Shown: one piece after another, positions 34,376-44,416 of the stretch
Layout: every line of letters begins with the position of its first letter
Numbering within the stretch: the stretch's first letter is position 1
DNA from: Nitrospirota bacterium
GTDB taxonomy: Bacteria > Nitrospirota > Thermodesulfovibrionia > Thermodesulfovibrionales > Dissulfurispiraceae
Reading direction: 5' to 3'
DNA: 64,000 bases
NCBI GenBank assembly: GCA_040758355.1
Contig: JBFLWF010000006.1
Coordinates: 32,001-96,000, forward strand
Notes under the pieces: generated by a model
Seen by the model: only the letters and a program-made list of their open reading frames with translations
Database searches by the model: none
What the model was told of the DNA's origin: nothing
Made by a program: the position numbers and the translations under genes

Positions 34376-36121
34376 TCAGTCTTCAAAGGTTACCCTGAGG
34401 ATCTCTTCTACGGTTGTTATTCCGTTTATTACCTTTTTTAATCCGCTTTGCCTGAGCGTTGACATGCCGAGGCGTATCGCCTCCTTTTTTATGTCTGCTG
34501 CAGGCGCACCCTGAAGTATCATCTCCTTTAACTCATCCTTTATGGGCATGATTTCATGGACAGCTATCCTTCCTTTATATCCTGTATTGTTGCATTCAGG
34601 ACAACCCTTTCCCATGTAGCACTTAATATCCTTTACAGCATCGGGCGAAAACCCTGCCCTGATGAGTGTTGTTTCGGAGAGATGTTCCTCTTCCTTGCAG
34701 TTCTCGCATATCTTCCTTGCAAGCCTCTGCGCCACTATTAAAATGACAGATGATGAGACCATGATGGGCTCTATTCCCATGTTTATAAGCCTTGCTATGG
34801 TGCTCGGCGCATCGTTTGTGTGAAGGGTGCTCAAAACAAGATGTCCTGTAAGCGCCGCCTTTATTGCAATCTCTGCTGTCTCAAAATCTCTTATCTCACC
34901 CACGAGGATGATGTCAGGGTCCTGCCTTAAAAATGACCTCAGGGCAGAGGCAAAATTGAGCCCGATATCTTCCCGTATATGCACCTGGTTTATTCCAAAG
35001 AAGTTGTATTCGACAGGGTCTTCTGCAGTCATGATATTTACGCCGGGCTTGTTCAGATGGGAGAGGGCAGAATACAGGGTCGTTGTCTTGCCGCTTCCTG
35101 TGGGCCCTGTTACGAGTATCATGCCGTAGGGTTTTTCGATGGCATCATAGAAATCCATGAGCTGCTGCTCGTCGAATCCCAGCTTTGATAGTTCAAGCTG
35201 GAGGTTGGATTTATCGAGAAGCCTCATGACAACCTTTTCCCCAAAGAGGGTTGGCAGCGTGGAGACCCTGAAGTCTATCTCCCTGTCATCGCCGAATTTG
35301 AGTTTTATCCTTCCGTCCTGTGGCAGCCTCCTCTCCGATATGTCGAGATGGGACATTATCTTTATCCTCGATGTAATTGCATTCTTCATCTTTACAGGAA
35401 GCTTTAACACAGGCTGAAGCACCCCGTCTATCCTGTATCTAACCCTGAGAATATCTTCGGAAGGCTCTACATGTATATCGCTGGCACGGGACCTTATGGC
35501 ATTCATCAGGACACCGTTGACCAGCTTTACTATGGGGGCATCTATCTCTTTTGGTCCGTCCTTATCTTCTCTTTCCTCCACAACAGTTATGTCCTCAAGG
35601 GCGCTGCCTATTACCTTGTTGAGGTCCTCTATCTCCATAACGTCCTTTTCCCCGCCCTTGCGTCCGCTTATTGTTACTTTTGCCTCTTTCTTCGGATAGT
35701 ACTTTTCTATGGCCTCCATGATGGCGGACTCTGCAGCTACATGCACCAACACCTTCATTCCTGAGAGAAACCTGACATCATCTATTGCAAGGTTGTTGGA
35801 TGGGTCTGCTATGGCGATCCTCAATCCGGCTCCGTCCTTTGAGATGGGGATGAGCTGGTACTTTTTTGCTGTTTCGTAAGGTATAAGCTTTAATAAAACA
35901 GTGTCGATTTTGTGGTCTGAAAGGTTGATTGCAGGGGCATTGTACTGCCTGCTTAAAAATGTGATAAGGCTTTCTTCATTTATATGGCCTAATTTCAGAA
36001 GTACCGAACCGAGCCTTTTGCCTTCAAGCCTTTGGAGACGAAGGGCTTCGTTTAGTTGTTCCTCTGTGATAAGTTTTGCTTTTAATAAAAGCTGGCCTAA
36101 TAAGGACGTTCCTACGGTCAT
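34376..36121 (-). CDS. pilB: Type IV pilus assembly ATPase PilB
   Basis: MshEN-like N-terminus, ERRLPQDGR, GPTGSGKTTT, tetracysteine motif. Confidence 0.93.
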   Translation of the reverse strand: MTVGTSLLGQLLLKAKLITEEQLNEALRLQRLEGKRLGSVLLKLGHINEESLITFLSRQYNAPAINLSDHKIDTVLLKLIPYETAKKYQLIPISKDGAGLRIAIADPSNNLAIDDVRFLSGMKVLVHVAAESAIMEAIEKYYPKKEAKVTISGRKGGEKDVMEIEDLNKVIGSALEDITVVEEREDKDGPKEIDAPIVKLVNGVLMNAIRSRASDIHVEPSEDILRVRYRIDGVLQPVLKLPVKMKNAITSRIKIMSHLDISERRLPQDGRIKLKFGDDREIDFRVSTLPTLFGEKVVMRLLDKSNLQLELSKLGFDEQQLMDFYDAIEKPYGMILVTGPTGSGKTTTLYSALSHLNKPGVNIMTAEDPVEYNFFGINQVHIREDIGLNFASALRSFLRQDPDIILVGEIRDFETAEIAIKAALTGHLVLSTLHTNDAPSTIARLINMGIEPIMVSSSVILIVAQRLARKICENCKEEEHLSETTLIRAGFSPDAVKDIKCYMGKGCPECNNTGYKGRIAVHEIMPIKDELKEMILQGAPAADIKKEAIRLGMSTLRQSGLKKVINGITTVEEILRVTFED

Positions 36122-36184
36122 TATCTAAAATACTGTAAAAAAATGACTTAAGTCAAACCTCAATCCGTAAAGAAACACATACAG

Positions 36185-36353
36185 AAGAAAAGCGGGCATG
36201 GGTGAGAAGCCTTTATCAGCGATACCTCAGAGCCGATCCCTCCCGCTGTTTAAGGGCAATTTCAGTATCGCCTTATGCATTCAGCAGTATAAACAGGCAG
36301 CAAAATAATCTTATCGCATTGATAAAGGCTTTGAAGCCGTGCCTGCTTTTCTT
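36185..36353 (+). repeat. Long rod-shaped structured element L2
   Basis: AAGAAAAGCGGGCATGG pairs with CCGTGCCTGCTTTTCTT (G-U pairs on the + strand); core highly similar to 9063-9228. Confidence 0.8.
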
Positions 36354-36431
36354 GATTACGGATGTTTTGGTTAAACGAGTCTTGAATTAATATCTCGTTA
36401 CTTGTTACTATAGACCCGTTGCCGTTGTTGA

Positions 36432-36507
36432 GGGCAGTTAGCTCAGTCGGTAGAGCAGGGGCCTGAAAAGCCCCGTGTCGGGAGTTCGATTCTCTCACTG
36501 CCCACCA
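36432..36507 (+). tRNA. tRNA-Phe (GAA)
   Basis: Cloverleaf; GGGGC-CT-GAA-AA-GCCCC anticodon arm, TTCGA loop, encoded CCA. Confidence 0.96.
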
Positions 36508-37531
36508 TTTTCACCTTCCCCTGTCCCCCGATCTCTCCTTCAATCGAAAATTCATATTCGTGGAATAATCCTATTGCCCACAGATTGGTAAGCAAATGCT
36601 GAGTGGCGCATGAAGTTGTAAAAACCGATTCGTTATTGCACAGAGACAGGTATAAAACCATCTGATCAGGAAGGTGCGAATCCAATGCTGCATTGCTTGA
36701 ATAGTAATTAAGGAACTCTATTGCTGCCTCTTCCCCCACTATCTCTGCCCTCTTACCCCTTTCACCGATGGCTGTGAATCCTGCAACGGAACTTTCCGAT
36801 TCTGATTTCATGAATACGAATGTGCCCTGTCCCGGAGTTGGAGCATCTATGATCTCCATATCCACAGGACATTTAATATCTGCCTGTGAATGTATTTTTT
36901 CCATGAAGGCATTTCTCTGTCTTTCGGCTATTGATGGATGCAGATTTCCCACGCCGGAGCATCCACTGAGCTTTATAAGCTGTCCTCTTTCCATAATTCT
37001 CAGCGGTTTGATCTCTTTTGCAGGAAATATCTCTGCCCTTATTCTTCCTCCTCCTTTTGGATAAAAACCGTAAGATTCTATGTTTAGCTCTATCCGTACG
37101 CCCAGTTTTTTCAGCATCGGGACAAAGACCTCTGAGATGTAGTGGTAGCAAGGGCTGAATGGAACATGGGTTCCTCCTTTTAATACGACGGTTGTTTTTC
37201 TGTTCAGGAATATCAGTGAGGGGATGATTGTTTGAAGGACTAATGATGTAGAGCCTGCAGTGCCGATATCAAAGAAAAAGTCTCCGCCCTTTACGCCTTT
37301 TGGCGAGAATATAAGCTCTGTTGAACCCTTGAAATCGCCTATTACCTCAGCATTGGAGAGGAGTTGCGCAGCCCTTACGCATGTGAGATGCTGGGGCATG
37401 AGCCCTGGATTTTTCCTGCCCTTCCTGATGTTGAATATCCTGAATGGCTTGTTGAAAAGGCATGAAAGGCTGAGGGCCGTCCTCAGTATCTGGCCTCCGC
37501 CTTCTCCAAAGCTTCCGTCTATTTCTATCAT
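36443..37531 (-). CDS. rtcA: RNA 3'-terminal phosphate cyclase
   Basis: DGSFGEGGGQILR, GGTHVP, GFYPKGGG, HLPDQ, HL.TN. Confidence 0.93.
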   Translation of the reverse strand: MIEIDGSFGEGGGQILRTALSLSCLFNKPFRIFNIRKGRKNPGLMPQHLTCVRAAQLLSNAEVIGDFKGSTELIFSPKGVKGGDFFFDIGTAGSTSLVLQTIIPSLIFLNRKTTVVLKGGTHVPFSPCYHYISEVFVPMLKKLGVRIELNIESYGFYPKGGGRIRAEIFPAKEIKPLRIMERGQLIKLSGCSGVGNLHPSIAERQRNAFMEKIHSQADIKCPVDMEIIDAPTPGQGTFVFMKSESESSVAGFTAIGERGKRAEIVGEEAAIEFLNYYSSNAALDSHLPDQMVLYLSLCNNESVFTTSCATQHLLTNLWAIGLFHEYEFSIEGEIGGQGKVKMVGSERIELPTRGFSGPCSTD

Positions 37532-37602
37532 GGTTAAATATTACAACATGGAAGGTCGAAATGCCCAAATTTAAGAGGAGTTTTTTGAAAGGGATGCTGT
37601 TT

Positions 37603-37679
<77 letters not shown>

Positions 37680-37774
37680 GGTAATTAGCTTACCTGAACG
37701 GTCTGAATGTTGTCAACTTGAGTTGCAAATTCCTTCTTAATGGTGCTATCTTACCCTGTTTTTCGGAGGGCAAT

Positions 37775-38383
37775 GTGGATATAGTTCTTGCAACAAGGAA
37801 TAAAAAGAAGGTCGAGGAGATGAGCAGGATCCTCGGCGGCATGGACATAAACATACTAACACTCGATGACTTTCCATCCTGTCCTGAAGTTGAAGAAGAT
37901 GCAAATACCTTCGAAGGGAATGCTGTTAAAAAGGCATTGGCAATAACAAAATGCACAAATAAAATCGCTGTGGCAGATGATTCCGGGCTTGAGGTTTATG
38001 CCCTTAATGGTGCACCCGGGGTTATGTCTGCAAGGTATGCAGGTGAGAGTGCCGATGATGTTGCTAATATCGGAAAGCTCCTTAGCGAGATGAAGGATAT
38101 ACCTGACGAGCAGAGAGGGGCAAGGTTTGTGTGCTGTATTGCCCTCGCTTATCCAAACGGCAAGACAGAGACATTCTTTGGCTTTGCAGAAGGCAGGATC
38201 GGCAGAGAGCCGAGGGGAAGGATGGGTTTCGGATACGACCCTGTTTTCTACCTGGCGGGCTATGATGAGACCTTCGCCGAAATGTCGCCCGAAGAAAAAG
38301 ACGCCCTGAGCCACAGGGGAAATGCCCTTGAGGGGTTCAAGGAATATATGAAGGCTCATTATTCTGAATATAAGGAAATTTAA
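37775..38383 (+). CDS. rdgB: Non-canonical purine NTP pyrophosphatase (RdgB/HAM1)
   Basis: LAT.N..K, ADDSGL, GFGYDP.F, SHRG; GTG start after GGAGG. Confidence 0.93.
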   Translation: MDIVLATRNKKKVEEMSRILGGMDINILTLDDFPSCPEVEEDANTFEGNAVKKALAITKCTNKIAVADDSGLEVYALNGAPGVMSARYAGESADDVANIGKLLSEMKDIPDEQRGARFVCCIALAYPNGKTETFFGFAEGRIGREPRGRMGFGYDPVFYLAGYDETFAEMSPEEKDALSHRGNALEGFKEYMKAHYSEYKEI

Positions 38384-38473
38384 TGTAATGATTATAATTT
38401 TAAACTTGAATTAAATCGCTTCTTTGATTAAGTTATATCGTTTTTCAAAATTTCTTCAATTGGAGGTTCTCCC

Positions 38474-39121
38474 ATGAGATTGGTTCTTCTTGGTGCTCCT
38501 GGAGCTGGAAAGGGCACGCAGGCAAAAATACTCGTTGAAAAATATGGTATTCCCCAGATTTCCACAGGTGATCTTTTAAGGGCAGCAGTAGCTGCCGGAA
38601 CAGCCCTCGGAAAAGAGGCAAGGTCCTATATGGACAAAGGGGAGCTTGTCCCTGACAGTGTTGTTCTCGGAATGGTGGAAGAAAGGCTTAAACAGGATGA
38701 CTGTAAAAAGGGCTATATTCTCGACGGCTTCCCGAGGAATACAAAGCAGGCAGAAGCTCTGGACAAAATGCTCTCACCCTTAAATATGTCATTGACTGCA
38801 GCACTCAGCGTTGATGTTCCATTTGACGACCTTATGAAGAGACTTACCGGAAGAAGGACATGCAAGGCTTGCGGCCAGATGTACAATGTCTACTTCAATG
38901 CACCCAAAAAAGAAGGCGTTTGCGATAAGTGCGGCGGCGAGCTTTTCCAGAGGGATGACGACAAAGAAGAGACCATAAAGAAGAGACTTGAGGTCTACAA
39001 TGCACAGACAGCGCCTCTTATTGACTACTATGGCAAGAAAGGCATATTGAAATCAGTCGCAGGCACAGGCAGTATTGACGACATATTTAAAAAGGTCTGC
39101 GGCGCCCTGGGACTTAAATAG
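38474..39121 (+). CDS. adk: Adenylate kinase (Zn-lid)
   Basis: GAPGAGKGTQA, LDGFPR, CxxC..CxxC lid. Confidence 0.97.
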   Translation: MRLVLLGAPGAGKGTQAKILVEKYGIPQISTGDLLRAAVAAGTALGKEARSYMDKGELVPDSVVLGMVEERLKQDDCKKGYILDGFPRNTKQAEALDKMLSPLNMSLTAALSVDVPFDDLMKRLTGRRTCKACGQMYNVYFNAPKKEGVCDKCGGELFQRDDDKEETIKKRLEVYNAQTAPLIDYYGKKGILKSVAGTGSIDDIFKKVCGALGLK

Positions 39122-39182
39122 AACCTTTAATAGAGTATTCAAGCTCGGTCTTGAAATATAAAAATCAAACAGGAGGATTAAG

Positions 39183-40397
39183 ATGGCTTTAGTAAATCCG
39201 CATGGAAAACAAAAGAAATTAAACCCGCTCTTGCTGACAGGCGCTGCCCTCGAAGAAGAGAAGAAAAAAGCTAAGACCCTCACTCAGGTCAGGATTGCAT
39301 CGAGAGAGGCAGGAGACCTGATAATGATGGGTATTGGCGGATTCACTCCGCTTACAGGATTTATGGGACATGATGACTGGAAAGGCGTATGCGCCGAGTA
39401 CAAGATGGCAGACGGCACCTTCTGGCCAATACCGGTGACTGTTTCCACAACAGAGGGGCAGGCAGACAGCATAAAGAAGAACGAAGAGGTTGCCCTCGTC
39501 TCAGAAGAAACAGGCGAGATAATGGCAACAATGAAGGTCACAGATAAGTACAAGATTGATAAAGAGTATGAATGCAAACAGGTATTCAGGACAACTGATA
39601 TGGAGCATCCCGGTGTTGTCATGGTTATGAAGCAGGCCGATATAAACCTTGCAGGTACAGTGAAGGTTCTTAGCGAAGGGGTATTTCCAAAGGATTTTGC
39701 AGGTATCTATCTTAGGCCGGCAGAGACAAGGAAGATATTTGAGGAAAAGGGCTGGAGCACAGTAGCAGCGTTCCAGACAAGAAACCCAATGCACCGCTCC
39801 CATGAATACCTCGCAAAGATTGCCATAGAGACCTGTGACGGCGTCTTCATTCATATGCTCCTTGGCAAGTTGAAACCGGGTGACATTCCCGGAGATGTAC
39901 GGCAGAGGGCTATAGACACCCTTATTGAACATTATTTTGTGAAAGATACGATAACTGTCGGCGGTTATCCACTTGATATGAGATATGCAGGCCCGAGAGA
40001 GGCTCTCCTCCATGCCCTATTCAGGCAGAACTACGGCTGCAGCCATCTCATAGTCGGAAGGGACCATGCAGGCGTGGGAGAATACTACGGACCATTCGAT
40101 GCGCAGAAGATATTCGATGAGATTCCGGCAAACGCTCTCGAGACAAAACCGCTCAAGATAGACTGGACATTCTACTGCCATAAGTGCGATGGAATGGCAT
40201 CCATGAGGACATGCCCTCACGGAAAAGAGGACAGGTTGATCCTCAGCGGAACAAAACTCAGGAAAATGCTCTCGGAAGGTGAGGATGTTCCTGACCACTT
40301 CAGCAGGCCTGAAGTCCTCAAGATATTAAGAGAGTACTACGAAGGATTGACCGAGAAGGTGGAGGTTAAACTCCATAAATTTGCAGAAGGCGCATAA
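39183..40397 (+). CDS. sat: Sulfate adenylyltransferase
   Basis: [29 protein letters not shown]. Confidence 0.97.
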   Translation: MALVNPHGKQKKLNPLLLTGAALEEEKKKAKTLTQVRIASREAGDLIMMGIGGFTPLTGFMGHDDWKGVCAEYKMADGTFWPIPVTVSTTEGQADSIKKNEEVALVSEETGEIMATMKVTDKYKIDKEYECKQVFRTTDMEHPGVVMVMKQADINLAGTVKVLSEGVFPKDFAGIYLRPAETRKIFEEKGWSTVAAFQTRNPMHRSHEYLAKIAIETCDGVFIHMLLGKLKPGDIPGDVRQRAIDTLIEHYFVKDTITVGGYPLDMRYAGPREALLHALFRQNYGCSHLIVGRDHAGVGEYYGPFDAQKIFDEIPANALETKPLKIDWTFYCHKCDGMASMRTCPHGKEDRLILSGTKLRKMLSEGEDVPDHFSRPEVLKILREYYEGLTEKVEVKLHKFAEGA

Positions 40398-40594
40398 ATA
40401 AAAGGATAAGGCAAAGGTAAAGTAAAGGCAAAGAAACATCAATCTTAACCTCAACCTTTACCTCAACCTGTTTTTAATGAAAGGGGGTGTGAAGCCGAGA
40501 TTACTGGCTTATAATTTTGTTGTTCGTTGTGTATCAAATAGCATACAGGGCATCAGAAATCGATGCTTAATAAAAAACCGAAGGAGGTTATATT

Positions 40595-41014
40595 ATGCCA
40601 AGCTATGTAATTACTGAGAAGTGTGATGGTTGCAAGGCTCAGGACAAGACTGCATGTCAGTACATTTGTCCTAATGACCTCATGGTCCTTAACAGGGATC
40701 TCATGAAGGCATTCAATCAGGAGCCGGATCAGTGCTGGGAGTGCTACAACTGCGTAAAGATCTGCCCTCAGCAGGCGATCGAGGTAAGGGGTTATCAGGA
40801 TTTCAATCCTCTGGGAGGCAATGTCATCCCGATGAGAGGTACCGACTCCATCATGTGGACAATCAAGTTCAGGAACGGATCCCTCAAGAGATTCAAGTTC
40901 CCCATCAGGACAACTCCGGAAGGTTCTATTGATCCATACAAAGGAACACCAGAACCGGATTTTTCAAAAATCAAGAAGCCTGGCTACTTCAACTACGAAG
41001 CCAGAACAAAATAA
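40595..41014 (+). CDS. aprB: APS reductase beta subunit
   Basis: CDGCK...C.YICP, CWECYNCVKICP, W.IKFRNG. Confidence 0.97.
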   Translation: MPSYVITEKCDGCKAQDKTACQYICPNDLMVLNRDLMKAFNQEPDQCWECYNCVKICPQQAIEVRGYQDFNPLGGNVIPMRGTDSIMWTIKFRNGSLKRFKFPIRTTPEGSIDPYKGTPEPDFSKIKKPGYFNYEARTK

Positions 41015-41024
41015 TTAAGGAGGG

Positions 41025-43010
41025 ATGACCATGGAAAAAGAAACTTGCACGTTTTCATATTGCCAGAGGCCTGAAGTCGTTGAGATAGAGACAGACCTCC
41101 TTCTCATCGGCGGCGGCATGGCATGCTGCGGCGCAGCATTTGAGGCAGTTCGCTGGGCAAACGCAAAGGGCTTGAAGGTTACAATGGTTGACAAGGCAGC
41201 AACAGACAGAAGCGGTGCTGTTGCAATGGGTCTTTCAGCCATCAATACATACTGCGGCGAGAATGATCCTGCAGATTATGTCAAGTACGTAAGAAACGAC
41301 CTGATGGGCATAATCAGGGAAGACCTTGTTTATGACCTCGGAAGGCACGTTGACAACTCGGTCCACCTCTTTGAAGAGTGGGGCCTTCCAATATGGAAAA
41401 AGGCTGATGACGGATTCTCCCTCGACGGCTTTCAGGCAAGGGATGCAGGAAAGGCAATGCTCAAAGACGGCGGCGTTCCTGTAAGGTCCGGTAAATGGCA
41501 GATAATGATTAACGGTGAGTCCTACAAGGTCATCGTTGCAGAGGCTGCTAAGAAGGCCCTCGAGATCAACAGGCAGGCAACAGGCGTTGCCCAGAACCAC
41601 TTCGAGAGGGTATTTATCGTAAAACTCTACCATGACGCAAACGACCCGAAGAGGGTTGCAGCAGCAGCAGGCTTCAGCGTCAGAGAGAACAAGATATATG
41701 TATTTAAGGCCAAGGCAATGATCAATGCTGCCGGCGGTGCAGTTAACGTCTTCAGGCCGAGGTCGGTCAGAGAGGGTCAGGGTAGGGCATGGTATCCTGT
41801 ATGGAACTCAGGTTCAGGATATGCCCTCGGAATGCAGGCCGGTGCAGAGCTCACAATGATGGAGAACAGGTTCGTCCCTGCAAGATTCAAGGACGGATAC
41901 GGACCAGTCGGCGCATGGTTCCTCTTCTTCAAGGCAAAGGCAACTAACTCACTCGGAGAAGACTATTGTGTAACACACATGGATGCTACAAAGGCTCTCT
42001 ACAGCCCGTATGCAGAGAAACTCGGCACAGCCATCAGAAACCACATGATGATGCTCGACATGAAGGCAGGCAAGGGCCCTATCCTCATGAACACCCATAC
42101 AGCAATGCAGGAACTCGCAAAGACCATGGATGCAAAGAGGATCAAACACCTCGAAGCAGAGGCATGGGAAGACTTCCTCGACATGTGTATCGGTCAGGCA
42201 GGCCTCTGGGCATGTAAGAACATAGAGCCTGACAAAGAGCCTTCAGAGATTATGCCTACAGAGCCGTATCTCTTAGGCTCTCACGCAGGCTGCGCAGGAT
42301 TCTGGTGCAGCGGCCCCGGCGATATAGCAGGAACTCCTGATCACTACTCATGGGGTTATAACAGGATGTCAACAGTGCCGGGCCTCTTTATGGCCGGCGA
42401 CATCTGCGGCGCATCAGGCCACAAGTTCTCCTCAGGCTCGCATGCAGAGGGAAGAATTGCTGCAAAGGCTGCATTGGCATTCATCCTTGACCATGCTGAT
42501 TACAAGCCTGCAATCAAGCAGACAGCAGATGAGATTGCAGCAGAACTCTATATGCCTTACGAGATCTATGAGAAGTACAAGACCTTCTCGACAGATCCTG
42601 CTATGAACCCTCACTACATCAGGCCGCACATGCTTCAGGCAAGGCTACAGAAGATTGCAGACGAGTACTTTGGCGGCATCTCCACATGGTACATGACCTC
42701 AAAGACAATGCTCGAAGAGGGTCTGAAGCAGCTCGAATTGCTCAAGGAAGACGCTGCCAAGAGTGCAGCAGCCAATCTCCATGAGCTTATGAGGGCATGG
42801 GAGAACTTCCATAGAATTCTTTCTGTTGAGGCACATGCAAGGCACATCCTCTTCAGGGAAGAGTCAAGGTATCCAGGATACTACTACAGAGGCGACTTCC
42901 TCCCGATCAACGACAAGGACTGGAAGTGCTTCGTCAACTCAAAATACGATGCAGAGAAAAATACATGGGAGCTCAAGAAGGTTCCTTATGTACAGATGAT
43001 CGCTGACTAA
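41025..43010 (+). CDS. aprA: APS reductase alpha subunit
   Basis: RSGAVA.GLSAINTY, WQIMINGESYK, RFKDGYGPVGAWFL, GHKFSSGSH. Confidence 0.97.
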   Translation: MTMEKETCTFSYCQRPEVVEIETDLLLIGGGMACCGAAFEAVRWANAKGLKVTMVDKAATDRSGAVAMGLSAINTYCGENDPADYVKYVRNDLMGIIREDLVYDLGRHVDNSVHLFEEWGLPIWKKADDGFSLDGFQARDAGKAMLKDGGVPVRSGKWQIMINGESYKVIVAEAAKKALEINRQATGVAQNHFERVFIVKLYHDANDPKRVAAAAGFSVRENKIYVFKAKAMINAAGGAVNVFRPRSVREGQGRAWYPVWNSGSGYALGMQAGAELTMMENRFVPARFKDGYGPVGAWFLFFKAKATNSLGEDYCVTHMDATKALYSPYAEKLGTAIRNHMMMLDMKAGKGPILMNTHTAMQELAKTMDAKRIKHLEAEAWEDFLDMCIGQAGLWACKNIEPDKEPSEIMPTEPYLLGSHAGCAGFWCSGPGDIAGTPDHYSWGYNRMSTVPGLFMAGDICGASGHKFSSGSHAEGRIAAKAALAFILDHADYKPAIKQTADEIAAELYMPYEIYEKYKTFSTDPAMNPHYIRPHMLQARLQKIADEYFGGISTWYMTSKTMLEEGLKQLELLKEDAAKSAAANLHELMRAWENFHRILSVEAHARHILFREESRYPGYYYRGDFLPINDKDWKCFVNSKYDAEKNTWELKKVPYVQMIAD

Positions 43011-43021
43011 TTGATTTGGAC

Positions 43022-43055
43022 ACTTGAGAGAGAGGTAACTGCCTCTCTCTCAAGT
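43022..43055 (+). terminator. Strong hairpin after aprA (no U-tract)
   Basis: ACTTGAGAGAGAGG / CCTCTCTCTCAAGT. Confidence 0.6.
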
Positions 43056-43165
43056 CATTAAGTAATTAAGTCACTAAGTAATTAACACAGAACAGTTATC
43101 ATATAAAGATTTCTAATAACTCAATGACTTAATTACTCAATGACTCAAGAATAAGGAGGAAAAGC

Positions 43166-44410
43166 ATGCCAGACGTTAATCGAATATTAGTTGTCGGAGG
43201 CGGCTTTAGCGGTCTGACGACTGCTGTTGATGCAGCAGAGACAGGCGCTGAAGTGGTAGTGATAGAAAAGAACCCGTATTTGGGCGGACGGGTTGCACAG
43301 CTTAACAAATACTTTCCGAAGCTCTGCCCGCCGATCTGCGGCCTCGAGATTAATTTCAGAAGGATCAAGACCAATGCGAATATCACGTTCTACACAATGA
43401 CAGAGGTTGAGAATATAAGCGGTGGCCCCGGAAACTATAATGTAACAGTAAAGGTCAGTCCCAGATATGTGAATGATAACTGTGTTGCATGCAATGCCTG
43501 TTCAGAGGCATGTCCGGCAGAGAGGCCCAATGAATACAATTTCGGCATGGATAAGACAAAGGCTGCATATCTTCCTTTTAATCAGGCATTTCCGCAGAAG
43601 TATGTGATTGATTCTAATTACTGTAAGGGTGACTGCGGAAAGGCGTGTAAGGATGCATGTAAGTACAATGCCATTGACCTTGATATGAAGCCGGAGACAA
43701 TAAATCTGAATGTCGGTTCGATAGTTGTTGCAACAGGATGGAACCCATACGATGCAAATAAACTCGATTTACTCGGCTTCGGCAAAGTAAAGAATGTTAT
43801 CACCAATATGATGATGGAGAGGCTTGCCTCACCCACAGGCCCGACAGCAGGCAAGATACTGAGGCCGTCCGACGGAAGGCCTGCGCAGAATATCGCATTT
43901 GTGCAGTGTGCAGGAAGCAGGGATGAGAATCACCTGCCATTCTGCTCATATATATGCTGTTTGGCATCGCTGAAACAGACAACATACATCAGGGAGCAGA
44001 ACCCTGAATCAAAGGCAACAATCTTCTATATAGACATCAGAACACCCGGCAAGTATGAGAAGTTCTACTGGAAGGTCAAGGAAGACCAGAATGTATCATT
44101 CATTAAAGGCAAGGTCGCAGACATCGTTCAGGACGAGGGTTCCGATGATGTTGTTGTTACAGCAGAAGACATGCTGACAGGAAACAAAGTGAAGATGAAG
44201 TTCGATATGGTTGTTCTCGCAACAGGAATGGAGCCTTCAGGCGCATCCAGGAAGATTGCCGGCGTGAATTATAACGAAAACGGTTTCGCATTGCCGGGCA
44301 CAGGGATATACTCTGCCGGCTGCACCAAGAACCCCATGGATGTTGCCAGGTCAGCTCAGGACTCTACAAGTGCAGTGTTGAAGGCAATTTCGGCAGGAAA
44401 GGGGAGGTAA
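43166..44410 (+). CDS. qmoA: QmoA (HdrA-like)
   Basis: GGG.SG, KYFPKLCPP.CG, FVQCAGSRD..HLP.CS.ICC; follows aprBA. Confidence 0.93.
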   Translation: MPDVNRILVVGGGFSGLTTAVDAAETGAEVVVIEKNPYLGGRVAQLNKYFPKLCPPICGLEINFRRIKTNANITFYTMTEVENISGGPGNYNVTVKVSPRYVNDNCVACNACSEACPAERPNEYNFGMDKTKAAYLPFNQAFPQKYVIDSNYCKGDCGKACKDACKYNAIDLDMKPETINLNVGSIVVATGWNPYDANKLDLLGFGKVKNVITNMMMERLASPTGPTAGKILRPSDGRPAQNIAFVQCAGSRDENHLPFCSYICCLASLKQTTYIREQNPESKATIFYIDIRTPGKYEKFYWKVKEDQNVSFIKGKVADIVQDEGSDDVVVTAEDMLTGNKVKMKFDMVVLATGMEPSGASRKIAGVNYNENGFALPGTGIYSAGCTKNPMDVARSAQDSTSAVLKAISAGKGR

Positions 44411-44416
44411 TCGAAA

